From contig JBHGNT010000002.1 in the NCBI GenBank assembly GCA_043228905.1, forward strand, positions 15,190,001-15,254,000: a DNA stretch of 64,000 bases, in the 5' to 3' direction. The notes below the pieces were generated by a model. That model searched no databases. It was not told the DNA's origin and saw only the letters and a list, made by a program, of their open reading frames with translations. This document shows positions 12,731 to 25,143 of the stretch, piece by piece; the first letter of the stretch is position 1; each line of letters starts with the position of its first letter. Position numbers and translations under genes: made by a program. The stretch comes from Azolla caroliniana (lineage: Eukaryota; Plantae; Polypodiophyta).

Positions 12731-12770
12731 TGGCACGCCCGTGGGAAAGTGCCTTGCACTTCAAATCCAC
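12731..12770 (-). other. tRNA-3'-end-like motif with stem-loop at the PPT position of G1
   Basis: Sense strand GTGGATTTGAAGTGCAAGGCACTTTCCCACGGGCGTGCCA, then TG, then LTR. Confidence 0.8.
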
Positions 12771-12778
12771 TTCCGGCC

Positions 12779-15700
12779 TCAGTCTTCCTCCAAAATATCG
12801 AGCACACTCTGCTCGATGGTGTCAAGTGGTGCTTCTTCCTCCTGTTCCTGTTCCTTGCCTGCTTGGTCTCCGACCTCCGGTTGGGTGGGCTGTTCCGTAA
12901 AGATTTGTTGCTCCGGCTCTGCTTGATTCTGTGGTGCCGGTGCTTCCTCACCGCTTCGTCCGGGTTCTTCCTGTTCTCCCTCCGTTCCTGGCTCTGTTCT
13001 GTTACCAATGTCGCTTTCTCCGGTCTCGACTGGTCGACTCGATATGCCTCCTTCCTTTGCTCTGGTGTCTTCCGGTCTCAGCTCTTCTTCTTCTCCGGCA
13101 TCGGTCTGCTCCTGCTCTTCTTCAAGTTCGTCTTCGGGTATTCCTCGTCGGGGTTGTTCGGTGTCGGTTGGTTCATCTTTAGCTGGTCGCTCTCCCTCAC
13201 TTATCGTGATTGGCGTCGTTCTTCCCTTTGCTTCCTGTCGTAACCGGTCCTGCTCGTATCTCTCCAACTCCAACTGAGTTGCGAGCTGCCCGTCATCCAA
13301 CCTCTCTACCAACCCTCGGATTTCTTTGAGGTGTTCTTCTGCTAAAGTGTAGAAATCCTCCGACAATTCTTCCCGAATGGCGACGATACTTTCTTCATCC
13401 ATCTTGTAGAACTTGTCACCGGTCTTCCTCCGATTCTCGGCATCCGCTCGGAGTGTCTGCAGCTCGGCTGCCTGTTGTGACCACTCCTTCCATAGCTTTT
13501 CCGTACTTCCGTTGATGCTTGCCTGAGCTCGGGTACTCCATCCTGACATGATGAGCTTGATCCGGTCAACCCCTGCCTTAGCATGCGCATAAGCTTCCTG
13601 CTTTTCCTTCCTTGCCCGTTTTATAATGTCGGCCATTATCTGAGCCTGGGCCTCGTAATCCGCTTTCTACTTTTCATAGGTACTCTGTAGTTTGCTGATC
13701 GTGAAGGTCGATTTTTCCTTTTCTTCATTCCTGATCTTGGTCAGGTCCAGCTTTTCCCGCCTTAGCGCCTCTAATTCCTTCCTTCTCTCCGTTGCTTGGG
13801 CTATTTCCGCCGACAATGCTTCCTTGTTGGTACTGACCTCATCCATCTCCTTAGCCAGGTCTAATCGAGTCTCTTTGAGCTGTTCTTTCAGCTTCTCTAT
13901 TTGTCGGTCGTAGTTTGCTGCCCGTTTTTTGTTGTCCGACTCGGCCTGCTTGTGATCTCGGTAGAGACCGTCGAAGTCCTCCGTCTTCTGCTTTAGGCGT
14001 CGGTTTGCCTGAGCTCTTAACCGATCGTCCCGGCCCTTCTATTGTCGGAGTTCTTCCTGCAGTCGTTCTATCTCTTGCTCGGCATGTCGACGTAGTCGGT
14101 CCTTCTCCTTTTGCAACTTCTCTTTTTCTTCTTGCAGTCGGTCATTAGCGGCTCGACCTTTCCGGAGGCCTTCTTCCATTTTTCGTCTGTTTTCCTCCAC
14201 CGCTTTCCGCTGCTCCCTTTCTCTTTCCCTTAATGCCTCCTGAGCTTTTAACTCCTCTCGTAAGGTTTCTATTATTTTTTCCGTCTCAGGGCCGGTTTGC
14301 AAGGCTACCGGTTCTGGTTGCTTCCTTGTTGTCCCGACCGGCTCGGTGACAACTTGTGCTTGTTGAATTCCTTCCCTTGCCTGCAACAACTCCCCTTGCA
14401 TTTCCTCGATCTGTGTTCGGAGCGCGACCAACTCCTGAGTTGTTGTATGCGTCAGCTGTTGCCTACACGTTTCTTCTTTTTCTAACTGGTCCGCTACTCC
14501 CGATAACTGCTCCGAAAGCCATCTCAGCCATTGTGGCTTTGTTCTTCCGGTGTCAGGGTGGCCTTGCTCACTTAACTCAGGCTGATTTTCCGGCCTCTTC
14601 TCTGGCTCCGGCGCCGGTGCTTGTTCCTTCTTCTTCTCTGGGATGACCGGTTCTCTGAAGTCCGGCCCAACCGGTGTCGGTGCTGCTTCCCTGGGTACGG
14701 GTTCCGCTGCTGTTTCCGCCTCGGCTACTTGAGATGGTCCTTGCACCCTCTGCTGAGTTCTGTCCACTGGTGGAGCCGGTCCTTTCGCCCGTTTCTCCCA
14801 ACCTTGTCTTGCTGGGAGTCTAACCAGTGGTTCGGATGAGTCTTCTGTTTCAGCTTCCTCCTCCGGTGCGGTTACCAAACGGACCTTTTGTATAAAGACC
14901 TCTGGTTCCAGTTCCGGCCGTCGCAGCATTATATGGATTGGTTTGCGCGCTACCGGTTCCTCCTCGGCCGATTTCCCTTTGCCTTTACCTGCCGGTTTTG
15001 CCTTTGTTGCTGGTTCTTGTTGTTGTCGGGATGGTCCTTCCCCCTGCTGTTCTGCTTCTTGCTGGGTCCATCCGGGGGTGTGTTTCTCCAAGATCTGTCG
15101 GCGCTTTGTGACCTTTTTCGGCGTCGTCTCCTGCCGACCTCTTTTCTTTTGTGTGATGGGGAGCACCGGTGGGACTAACACCGTTAGCCATTGTGCTATC
15201 CCGGCCCATGGCTTTTTTCCTTCCACAAGATTTTTGATGGCCTCCTTCAATCCTTCGGTTATGAAATGGAGCCAGTCTATTTGTAAGCCTTCGTACACTG
15301 CTATTAAGAACGTTGCCCGGTACTTGGCTATGGCCGAGGGACGGGGATTCACGAATCTGTATTCCATCATGGCGCGGGCCACTTCTCCGAACAACAGGTT
15401 CTCTCCGCCCTGCGTTCGATACGCCTTGCTGCTGATAGAGTACTCCCCGAAATATTCGAATAGGATTTCACTTGAAGGGTTTTCGATTGTTTGAAGTCCT
15501 CCTGCTTTTATCCCCGTGAGCGCCTGCACCGCTCCTTCCGTGACTTCTGATATATCGATCGATGCTGCCGCCTGCTCTAGTTCTGCGTGTGGTGGAGCGT
15601 CGGCGATCCGCCACAATCCTTTTAACCCGTTCTCCCTCATCCATTGGCATGCCTCTTCCGACAGTACCATTGTTTCGAATTCTTCTTCTGCTGCCTGTTG

Positions 15701-15871
15701 TTCGGGATCGCGCTGTGTGTGCTCTGTGCGTCGGGTCGCTCTTCTGTGCTTCTGCGCCTGTATGTAGGAAAATTCGTAAAAAGTGAGCCCTTCGCAGGCC
15801 TGTGTCTTATATAGTGGGTTGTGCCTCGAGCCGCCCTTTTTCGTTTCCCGCGCATGTTCTTCTCCCGCCAT
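12779..15871 (-). pseudogene. G1 extra ORF (ORF3), ~1000 aa, globular N-terminus plus long coiled-coil, with premature stops
   Basis: ORFs 14039..16006 and 12779..13636 are in one frame separated by TAG codons; clearly homologous to G2 26665..28785 (EYFGEYS..SKAYRTQGGE, IAVYEGLQIDW); start codon uncertain. Confidence 0.8.
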
Positions 15872-16037
15872 AATTAGTATGTCCTTTCTTGTTTGCCGCG
15901 TGTGAGTGCCCACGTTCCATGCTTTAAATAGCAAGTACGCGCACGTCCTACATGGCGCCTCTTCGTTGCATGGTGGCGCTCCCACCTCTTGTGATCTCCC
16001 CATCATTACTATGATTCGCGTCGATTTTGCCCACGTC

Positions 16038-16069
16038 TTCTTTTTTTTCTTTTTTTTTTTTCTCTCTTT
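16038..16069 (-). other. A-rich polypurine tract just after the G1 pol stop
   Basis: Plus-strand T/C run; equivalent run in G2 at 28786-28851. Confidence 0.5.
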
Positions 16070-16081
16070 GTTTGGACCACG

Positions 16082-19000
16082 TCATTTGTTGGTCCCCCCC
16101 AATTTGTTCGGGTCGGTTCGTGTGGATACCGATTCCTTCTGTCGGTTTTCCGGGATAGTCTTTGTTAGTATCGGTGTCGGTTCTTCCTCGGTCCGAATAT
16201 CTTCAGCAGCGTCTGTCGGTGTCGGTTCCTCATCTTGCCGGATTTCCAGGTTTTGCTTGAACGGGTTGGCTGGCATATTTCCCTTATACGGCTTTAGCCG
16301 AAATCCATTTGCCCACTTGCCGATGACATCTCCAGACAACGTGCCGAGCTGATACGACCCATTGTACTCCTTGGTGATCCAGAACGGTCCGGTCCATCGA
16401 AACCACAACTTTCCCGGCATGTTCCCCATCCGTGTCTGGAATAGTAGCACCGGTTTCCCGACTTCGAACTCCTTTTCATTGCCATGCCGGTGTCGGTCCA
16501 CGAAAGCTTTTCTCCTCCTTTGCTCCAGTTCGAGTTGTAGTAAGCTGGCTATTCGGTTTTCTTCTAATTCCAACAACGTCGCCAGCCGGATTCGTTCGGA
16601 CTCATTCTCACTTAAGCGCTCCTTCACCTGAATCCGTAAGCTTGGGATCTGGAACTCTACCGGCATGACCGCTTCTAACCCGAATGCTAGTCGGAACGGG
16701 GTTGTCGGGATGCTGGTTTTGTACGTTGTTCGGTACACCCATAGCGCGCTTTGCAATTTCGTATCCCAGTCGGTCCGGTTCTCGTTGACGATTTTTCGTA
16801 GGATGTTCTGCAAAGTTTTGTTCGTTGATTCCGCTAGTCCATTGGCTTGAGGGTAGTAGGGAGTACTCTTTTTATGTACCACCGCGTAAAATGACGTCAG
16901 GCTTTCTACTACCTGCCCGAGAAAATGTCCTCCTTGGTCACTTATAAGCTCGATTGGGCATTCATACTGGCACCATATGCACTTGTACAGAAACTTTGCC
17001 GTGGACGCGGCTGTGTTGTCCCGTAAGGCCTTTGCTTCTACCCATTTGGTGCAATAGTCGGTCGCCACTATGACATACCGATTTCCGGTTCGCATTGCCG
17101 GTGGTTTGAAGGGACCGACAAAGTCCAACCCCCACTTTTGAAACGGTTCTAAGGGCAAGACCGGGTGGTGTGGCATCCGGGCCTGCTCTGTGGGTTGGCC
17201 CAGTCGTTGACACAAATCGCATTCTCTGTTATACTTCACGGCATCTTTTAGGGTGGTCGGCCACCACAGTCCGCTCTGCCATATTTTCCGAGCGGTTGCG
17301 TCGCCGGCATAATGGCCGCCGGCAATTCCACAGTGGGCTTCCCTGAGGATTAGATCCTTCTCATCGCTCCGCACTGCTCGTCTCCAGATGCCATCTGCCC
17401 CCTTGTGATAGAGGGTGTCTCCAACCAAGCAGAAATGTCTACTTCTTACTGCTACCCTTTTCCTTTCATCGCGGTCCATGTTCTCCGGGGGAACTCCGGT
17501 GCTTAGGAACTGATGCATCTCAGTTAGCCATGTGTCTTCATCGGCTACCGTTGTATCCGTTGCCGGGTTCGTCGTGATCCGGAACAATTCGGCGTCGGGA
17601 AACTCATCCTGGACGCCGTCCCTTGCTTCTCCGGATTCGAGTCTGCTTAGGTAGTCCGCTACCGCATGCTGCGCCCCGGGTCTGTGGAAAATGTCGAATT
17701 CAAATTCCTGTAGCAGCAGTGTCCACCGTGCAATTTTTCCCGTCAGGGATGCCTTCGAGACCAGGTAGAGTAGTGCCCAATGGTCGACATGGAAGGAAAA
17801 CTTCCTTCCGAGCAGATAGTGCCTGTACTTTGTGACACTATACACCATTCCCAATGCCTCGCGTTCTGTCGTAGAGTAATTCCGTTCGGCTTTTGAGAGT
17901 TTCCGGCTTGCGTAGTACACCGGTCGGTACCATTTCGGCTCCGTAAGTTGCATCAGAACGCTGCCGATTGCTACGTCCGACGCGTCGACGAAGACGTGAA
18001 AGCTTTTACTCCAATCCGGCGGTTGCACCACCCGAGCTTGCGACAGCATAACCTTCAACGCTTTGTAGGATTCCTCCTCCGTCTCCGCCCATAGGAAGGG
18101 TACCCTATGTACGGCGGTATGTAACGGTGTAACGAAGTCTGCGAGGTGCCGTATCATCCGGCTATGCCACCTTATTTGGCCCAAGAACCGGCTTAAAGCC
18201 TTTGCGTTACTTGGTGTTGGTGCCTCGAGAATCGCCTTGACTTTATCCGGATCTACCGCGATTCCTTCCTTACTCACCACGTGCCCTAGCAACTTGCCGC
18301 TTGCCACTCCAAAGACGCACTTGGCCGGGTTCAGGCTCAATCGGTACTCGCGGCACTTCTTCAAGCACAACCGGAGGTGATCGAGATGCTGTCCGTGCCG
18401 GCTGTAGACCGCGAAATCGTCAAGGAAGACCTGCATAAAACCGGGGATATATTCCCCGAAAATTTCCATTATTATCCTTTGAAAGGTCGCTGGAGCCGTC
18501 TTTAGTCCGAACATCATCACGACCGCGATGAACACTCCCCATTCCGTCACGAACGTTGTCTTCTCTTGGTCGGCCGGGTTCATTCGTATTTGGTTGTAGC
18601 CGCTAAATCCATCCAAGAAGCTGTAAACTTCGTGGCCGGCTACCGCATCTAACACCCCGTCCGTAAATGGTAGTGGAAACGCATCGGTCACTGTTGCGGC
18701 ATTTAGTTTTCGGTAGTCCACGCATACCCGGATTTTTCCGTTCTTTTTCGGGACCACCACTATCGGACTCAGCCAGGTTGCCTACTTGACCGGTCGGATA
18801 AATCCGACCCGGAGGAGCTTATCAATTTCCTCCTTCACCTTTGCCGCATAATTCGGATTCATCCGGTACCTGCGTTGAGCGATCGGTTTCGCGTCCGTAC
18901 TTAGGTGAATTTGGTGCTGATAGAGCCGGGGGTCCAGCCCTCGCATGTCTTCGTACGACCACGTGAACACATCCTTGAAGTCTGTTAATAATGCTACCAT

Positions 19001-21739
19001 TGCCTTCTTTTCTTCCTTCGGCAATTCCTTTGCAACATTTACCGGTCGGGGCTTGTCTGCTGTGCCGAGGTCCACCTCCTCGAGTTGGGATGCTTTTACC
19101 CTCTGGGATATCGTCATTTCCCTCTCTAGGGATTCCTGCGCTTGTCGCAGTTCCCGGATCGCCGCTTGATCCGGTTCATCCGGCGTCGTAATGTACGGTT
19201 CTACTGCCACCATGATATCCACCTCAAATAGTGGGACGATTCGTGGGTGTTCCTCGAGGTACCGCTCGACTTCCTCGTTCGGTAATCCCTCCAACATGTT
19301 AATGCTTTCCGCATATAATGGAGTTGCTTCCTTACTGGTGATCACCCGTGGTTGCGTCGTTACTCGTACCTTTGTTTTCCCTCGCCGGAATGTGATCATG
19401 TTCTTTTGCCAGTTCTGCTTGATATGCGCCGTTCGCAGCCATGGTCTTCCTAGCAGTAGGGGGTACGCGCCTTGTACATTCAGCTGCAGCACCACGGCCG
19501 ATATCCGGAATACGTGGCCTCCGATCGTTACTTCCAAATCCCGGATAAGCCCGGTCGGTCGGACTGAGCTAGTATCCGCCATGCGTAACCAGAAGGGGCA
19601 TGGTTCCCATTCCCGGATGCCCAGGTCGTTGCATGTCTGTTGGCTGATGACATTTACCCCGGAGCCTCTGTCAATAATCGTTCCAGCAATTTCCTTTCCT
19701 TTCACGATTGCCGTGATCGCCGGGCTACTTGTATTGACCACCGCTGGTCCTTCCTCCGGGTTGGAGAAGAATGCCGGTGCTGGCGTCGGCTTCGGTTTGC
19801 TGACGGATGCCTGTAGGTCTACCGTAAATCGTGGCACTAACTGTAGTAGTCGTGCTAACGGCAGCACGATTTGACAGTCCTGTAGCGCTTGCCACGTCGG
19901 GTTTTCTCCTGGCTGTATGATTTCTTCATCTTTTGGCATATTTTGGTCTCTTACTTCTGCCGCATTCTGTTCATTGGACTCCTTGATCCATTGTGCCGCT
20001 TGTTTTCTGATTGCCTCCTGAGCTTCCCACTCGGCGGTCTTTCCCTTTGACCGGGTTGTGACCTGCTGTACTTCTGTTATTTCGGCTGTAACCATGTTGA
20101 CTTCCGACTGCTTGTCATTGGTTTTGCTTGGGCATTGGTTACTATAGTGGCCTTCCTTACGGCAGTAATAACAGTACACCTTGTGACTGTTGCTCGTTTC
20201 TCCTTTGTCCCCGGTTTGGAGGGTGGGTATGCTCCGGCGGTCGTCTTCGGTTTTTCGGTTATCCGGTACCGATACCGGGTTGTCATTCCTTGCTGCCTCC
20301 CGACGTTCCTCTCTTCGGATAAATCCACGCTTCTGATTCCGTCGGAAATTTCGGTTCCCTTGTCGCCTCTCTTCTCTGCTTCGGTCGTATTCCGGGGATT
20401 CGTCTCGGTCGTACCGGTCCCGGGGGTAGCTATCTCTGCGTCTCTGCTCTCGGTCATAGTTGTCGCGTCTTCTATCAGCGTATCCTTGTTGCCTCTCTTC
20501 TCTGCGTCGGTCGTATTCCGGGGATTCGTCTCTGTTGTACCGGTCCCGAGGGTAGCTATCTCTGCGTCTCTCCTCTCGGTCATAGTTGTCGCGTCTTCTA
20601 TCAGCGTATCTGTTACCGCGTTCGCGTTGGTAGCGGTCGTCTCTCCGAAATCGATCCTCGTCTGGGTTCTGATTGCGCGGTTCTATGTGTCGAACCGGTG
20701 CTGCCTGCCGATTTAACAGGTTATATTCGCATCGGTCCATTGTATGGGCTCGAGAGTTGCAGGTCACACATTGTGTCCGCAGGGTGCAGTCTACTGTTGA
20801 GTGCCCCGAATTTAGGCATGTTGTACATTGTAAGGCCTGTCGGAACCTCAGGTCTTCCTCCTTTGGGAGTGCCCGGTGTAACATCCCCATCGACAAGAAG
20901 GGGCTAGTCTTGTCCATTTCTAAAACCCGATCAATAACTTGGTCCATTGTGCTGGTTTGGAAATCAAGGACTCCGCACATTGTTCGAAGTGGCTCTTTCA
21001 GTGCGGCCAAAAAGACTGCTTTGGCTTCGTCTTTGGGTGGTGCTCTTGTCAGTTGGCTGTGCAGGGTCTGAAACCAAATGATGAATTGTGGCACATTCTC
21101 GTTCTCTTCCTGCCGGGTGGTGTAGAACTGCCCGACCAATTCCCTTTGCTCAAATTGTCTGTGAAAAAGCCTGAGGAATCTGGCCTTCAATGCATCGAAT
21201 GTGGCAAAGCTTCCCGGTAAGTGCTTTGCGTGCCATTGGGCCGCCGGTCCTTCTAAGGTTATGCCGAATTCGGCGACTTTGGATCGTTCGGCTTCGGGCT
21301 CCGTCAGTCTTTGGGAGATATGGTTGGCTTCCGATGTTTGGAGCAATGCGTACACGTATGCCTCCGCGTCGGCCTCATCCCGGTACTTTGGGTATGGGTA
21401 CGGCATCGTGTCGTCCAACTGACTCTCCTGTTTCCTCCGCTCTCTGTCCGCTGTTGGCGTTGGTGTGAGAACCTTTGGTTCCTCCTAGTCCCCGTCGCCC
21501 GCAGCGAGCGTCTGCAGTATCGTTTCCGCCTCTTGCAGGCTTGTTATGCTACTGTCTTCGTCGGGGATTTGTAGAACCCAGAACTGCAGTGCTTCTTCTG
21601 CGACTCTCCGAAGAGTTTTGGAGAATGACCGATCCCGCCGGATCTCGTCGACGGCTTGCTGCAGGGCTTCCCGTCGTTGCTCGCGTTCGGTGTATCGTCT
21701 CCCTCGTTCGGTGATGTGGTCGTCGTTTGGTCTAGACAT
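16082..21739 (-). pseudogene. gag-pol: G1 single-frame gag-pol with two premature TAG stops
   Basis: ORFs 21485..21823, 18782..21418 and 16082..18760 share a frame; three CCHC knuckles, IIDRGSGVN protease, VFLDDF RT, VDASD RNaseH, HHCC and DDE integrase, WTGPF. Confidence 0.93.
20358..20609 (-). repeat. Two tandem 126-bp in-frame repeats in G1 gag
   Basis: YADRRRDNYDRE.RRRDSYPRDRY.RDESPEYDR.REER occurs twice. Confidence 0.9.
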
Positions 21740-21775
21740 CCATCCCCCGGTTGTCCTCTGCACTTTGCAGGAATC

Positions 21776-21785
21776 GTGGTCGCCA
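21776..21785 (-). promoter_or_regulatory. G1 primer-binding site (tRNA-Arg(UCG)-like)
   Basis: TGGCGACCAC 6 nt after the 5' LTR on the sense strand; identical in G2. Confidence 0.75.
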
Positions 21786-21791
21786 AAATAG

Positions 21792-22182
21792 TGTTGTTTG
21801 TCTTGCCGGACTAGCCTCAACACAGGTGTCTATCCGACACTTCTCCAAAGGGGTGGTAAGGGTTGGATGCTAGGTTACACGCGTAAGATGATTACAATTA
21901 AGCACAGACGGTAAACAATACGAGATACAGATAAACACGCAATAATTACTATTGTATTACTTCCGTCCAAAACCCTTTACAAATCATCGGATCCTTTCAT
22001 AGGCATCCGGCAAGGTTACAATCGGTGCGCTTAGGCAACCGACATCCGAATCGGTCCGGATCCGGATCGGTACAACTGTACCGGATCCGTCCCTCCGAAA
22101 AATAATTCTGCTATTATTTACTTCCTATTATCTGATCCGATTCCTCCTTCCCACTTGTCCTTGCTCTTCTGACCGGCCAACA
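21792..22182 (-). repeat. G1 5' LTR
   Basis: TGTT...AACA, followed by TSD GTTCT. Confidence 0.95.
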
Positions 22183-24395
22183 GTTCTAGGAAGTATCGGA
22201 GGCTCACCGGTTGCAATCCTCGCCACCCAATACCGAGTCGCGAGTTGATTCTGCACCAACCTCCCCGCTGAGCCCCCCAAAGGTCACCCAACTTGACCCT
22301 AACCCTTCTCCGGCCTTACCTGAGAACCGGATCTCGATATCATGCCTTACCCTTACCCATGGTATAGCGACGGCTCTGACGCGGAAGCACACACCCGGGC
22401 GTTCGTGTCCACATGGCAAGCAAACCACTCGACGCAGAGGTTATTGAGCTGCCGAAATCGAGGCCTCCAAACTCGCGGAATTTGCTTTATCCCTCGATGG
22501 CCCAACTGCTCGATGGTACTTCGCCTCGACATGGGGGAGGTCACAACATTCCAGGACGTCAGGACAAAGTTTCTCCAGTTATTTCACCGCCAAGTTCCGA
22601 AGCGGGAACTACTCCGGCAATTCTTTTCCATGAACCAAGAACCTCACGAGACGGTCGCCCAGTTCACGATCCAGTTTCCAGATCTCTACCGACAACTGGT
22701 CGACAACGTCCCCGCTCATCACATTCCGGATACCTTCCTGTCCAGCATAAGGGAGCCTCTACGGACGACTCTCGCCCTTACAGATTTCTCCAACCAGACT
22801 ATCGACCAAGTCATCGCACACGTCCTTGCAATTGATCAGACACAACATACCACGACTTTCTCCATGGGCTCTTTGCAAAGTTCCCTTCTGTAGGAGGACA
22901 ATCGTTTCCAACAAGCTCTTCAATGCACGGCCTATTCAGGCTCAGGCCATCTGGCTCTTGAGTGCCCTCATCGGCCACACTGCCCAATATGTTAGTCCCG
23001 AGCTCACATGATCGAACATTGTCAGTACAACATGCTCAACCGCACAATCACGGCTCCGGTTCGCTAGATCGAGCTGCGCAATACGTACTCCCGATAGGAT
23101 GAACATGAGTCATACCGACATCTAGCAAACGAGCGACCACGATCCCCAGAACGTCAGCGCCGCGACGACGACTACCACCGTGATGACGACTACTGTCGCT
23201 ACGACGACCGGTACCGCCACGAATCTCGCAGGAGATCAGACGACCGTGACCAGTACCACGACGACCAATATAGAGCGAATGATGAGTACGATCAGTATGG
23301 TGCCGATCAGGAGGACCAACACGATCAACAGTATTCACGAAACGACCGACGGAACTCTTATAAAGTTCCGCGGAACAATCGTCGTCAGAATGACAATCGT
23401 CGTCGAGACCCCCCTCCTAACACCCCGCACACCGCGCCATGGGCCAACACGCCTACCCAAGCGCTCGGGAATCAATCACAACCCTTCCCACACACTGAGC
23501 ACGGTGACACAAGCAACTCGGCATTCGTTATCTGCTTTAAGTGTAACCAACCTGGCCACTACGCCACTCAATGCCCAACCATAGACCATGGCAAGGCCCC
23601 GGCTGTGTATACGATTATGGCCGACATCCAACACGTCACTACACGTAGCAAGACTAACACCAACCAATGGCAAGAACAAGATGACATCCGACAAGCGGCC
23701 AAGGAATGGATTGAGACCGCCAACAAAAGCAACGTGGCACGGATGCACACAGAGATGCAGGACGTGACCCTCGACGCACCACCGTCCACATGACCATCCA
23801 CCACGGCAGAGGATGACCTTCTATGGGAAGCCCTTACAACCGCTAAGATCTCGCTACCATTACATAAGCTGTAACCACTCATGCCGCGCTTTCAGGATAC
23901 CTTGGCTAAGCTCACGGCTAATGTCGAATTTGTCATACCCCCGGTTAACCTGACGGAGCCAGGGACAGGCCCACCGCTCATGGATTCCTAGAATCCATCC
24001 GTGAAAATCATGTTTTAGGGACGTGGCCTTCATGGGTGCATAATCAACGGCGGCTCCGGTGTGAACGTCATCAGCGAGGCCACATGTCACACCTTTGGAA
24101 TAAACCAATGGGAGCCTTGCCCCTTTTGGCTTCGGATGATCGATACACGATTGGTTCGCCCCATCGGATTAATCCGCCACCTCGACATTACTCTAGGAGG
24201 CCACATGTTCACTATCTCGGCCGTTGTATTACGACTCGAAGCACAGGGCGCCTACCCAATGTTACTTAGCAGACCATGGTTGCGCACAACAAATATCAAA
24301 CAGCATTGGCAGCGCAACATGATCTCGTTTCGCCGAGGAAAGACGAAGGTTCGGATCATAACCGAAGAATGCGTAACCACGCCCCACAACACCTC
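22183..24395 (+). pseudogene. G0 gag-protease remnant (continues 12191-12337 across the G1 insertion)
   Basis: MPYPYPWY, QHVTTRSK, WEPCPFWLRM, YPMLLSRPWL homologous to G1 gag-PR; many stops and frameshifts. Confidence 0.88.
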
Positions 24396-25143
24396 TTCCA
24401 CCTTCCGCAAGCATAACCCTTCATGCACCATGCATGTGTCGCTTTCATTTCGATCATCTTTATGGACAAGACACTTCAATCTTCCTTCTTCTGTCAATCC
24501 AAGCTTGTCTTTCTTAGGCCTCATCCGAACATCGACTTTGACTATTCCTTGTAGCCCATGCTTCAAGTACATGCTCACATTTAGGCCCTTAGACTACCAT
24601 ATTGGATGTTTTCCGCTTCTTCCTTTTTCATAGTATACTCTCATGTGAGAGTTGACCATTGATGGTTCGATCTTCATAATGGTCTCCTCTTTCGAGTTAG
24701 ATATTGTGATCAAATCCTACGGAATGCCCTTCGAATTCACCTCGTTCGTTTGGCCCTCGTCATGCACTATTGTGCTTTGTTTGACCTCTTCATCATATGT
24801 ATTAGCTTTGACTTTCGCTTCCTCACCGCCACCTTCCATCTTTGGTCTTATGTTGGTTCTCGGGCATAATTGCAGAACTCTCCGGAACCTGCGTGGAGGG
24901 ATTCTCATCCTTATCGGCTTTTGCTTTTGTCATCTTGTCCATAGCCATCTCTTTGGCTATCTCTTTGTCGCACGCATCCGCGTCGGCCCTTGCTTCCTCA
25001 CCACCATTGTCCTTCTCTTGGGTCTTACATTGGTTAATACCCAAGTCTCTCAAACAAGTGTGGAGGGTGTCATGATAACACTCACATCATGCATCGAAAG
25101 GAACATGACACTCACATTATGACTCGAAAGGATTTGATTGAAT

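Larger units (their letters stand above)
12338..22182 (-). mobile_element. G1 Ty3/gypsy LTR retrotransposon, full length, non-chromovirus, with extra 3' ORF
   Basis: 391-bp LTRs 12338-12728 and 21792-22182 (~10 differences); TSD GTTCT; empty site at 51641-51645; gag-PR-RT-RH-INT on minus strand; no chromodomain or extra RNaseH seen. Confidence 0.97.

Noticed and set aside
12779-16006. Envelope gene call for the extra ORF
   Set aside because: No signal peptide or transmembrane segment; protein is highly charged and coiled-coil-like.
18782-18784. Programmed read-through stop between gag and pol in G1
   Set aside because: The TAG lies inside RT and homologous G2 and G0 sequences have sense codons there; it is a point mutation.
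12729-22182. G1/G2 genomic RNA being antisense to gag-pol, with TGGCACGCCCGTGGGA as the only PBS
   Set aside because: LTR TATA signals lie on the gag-pol strand, a PBS exists there too, and the opposite end has no PPT either.
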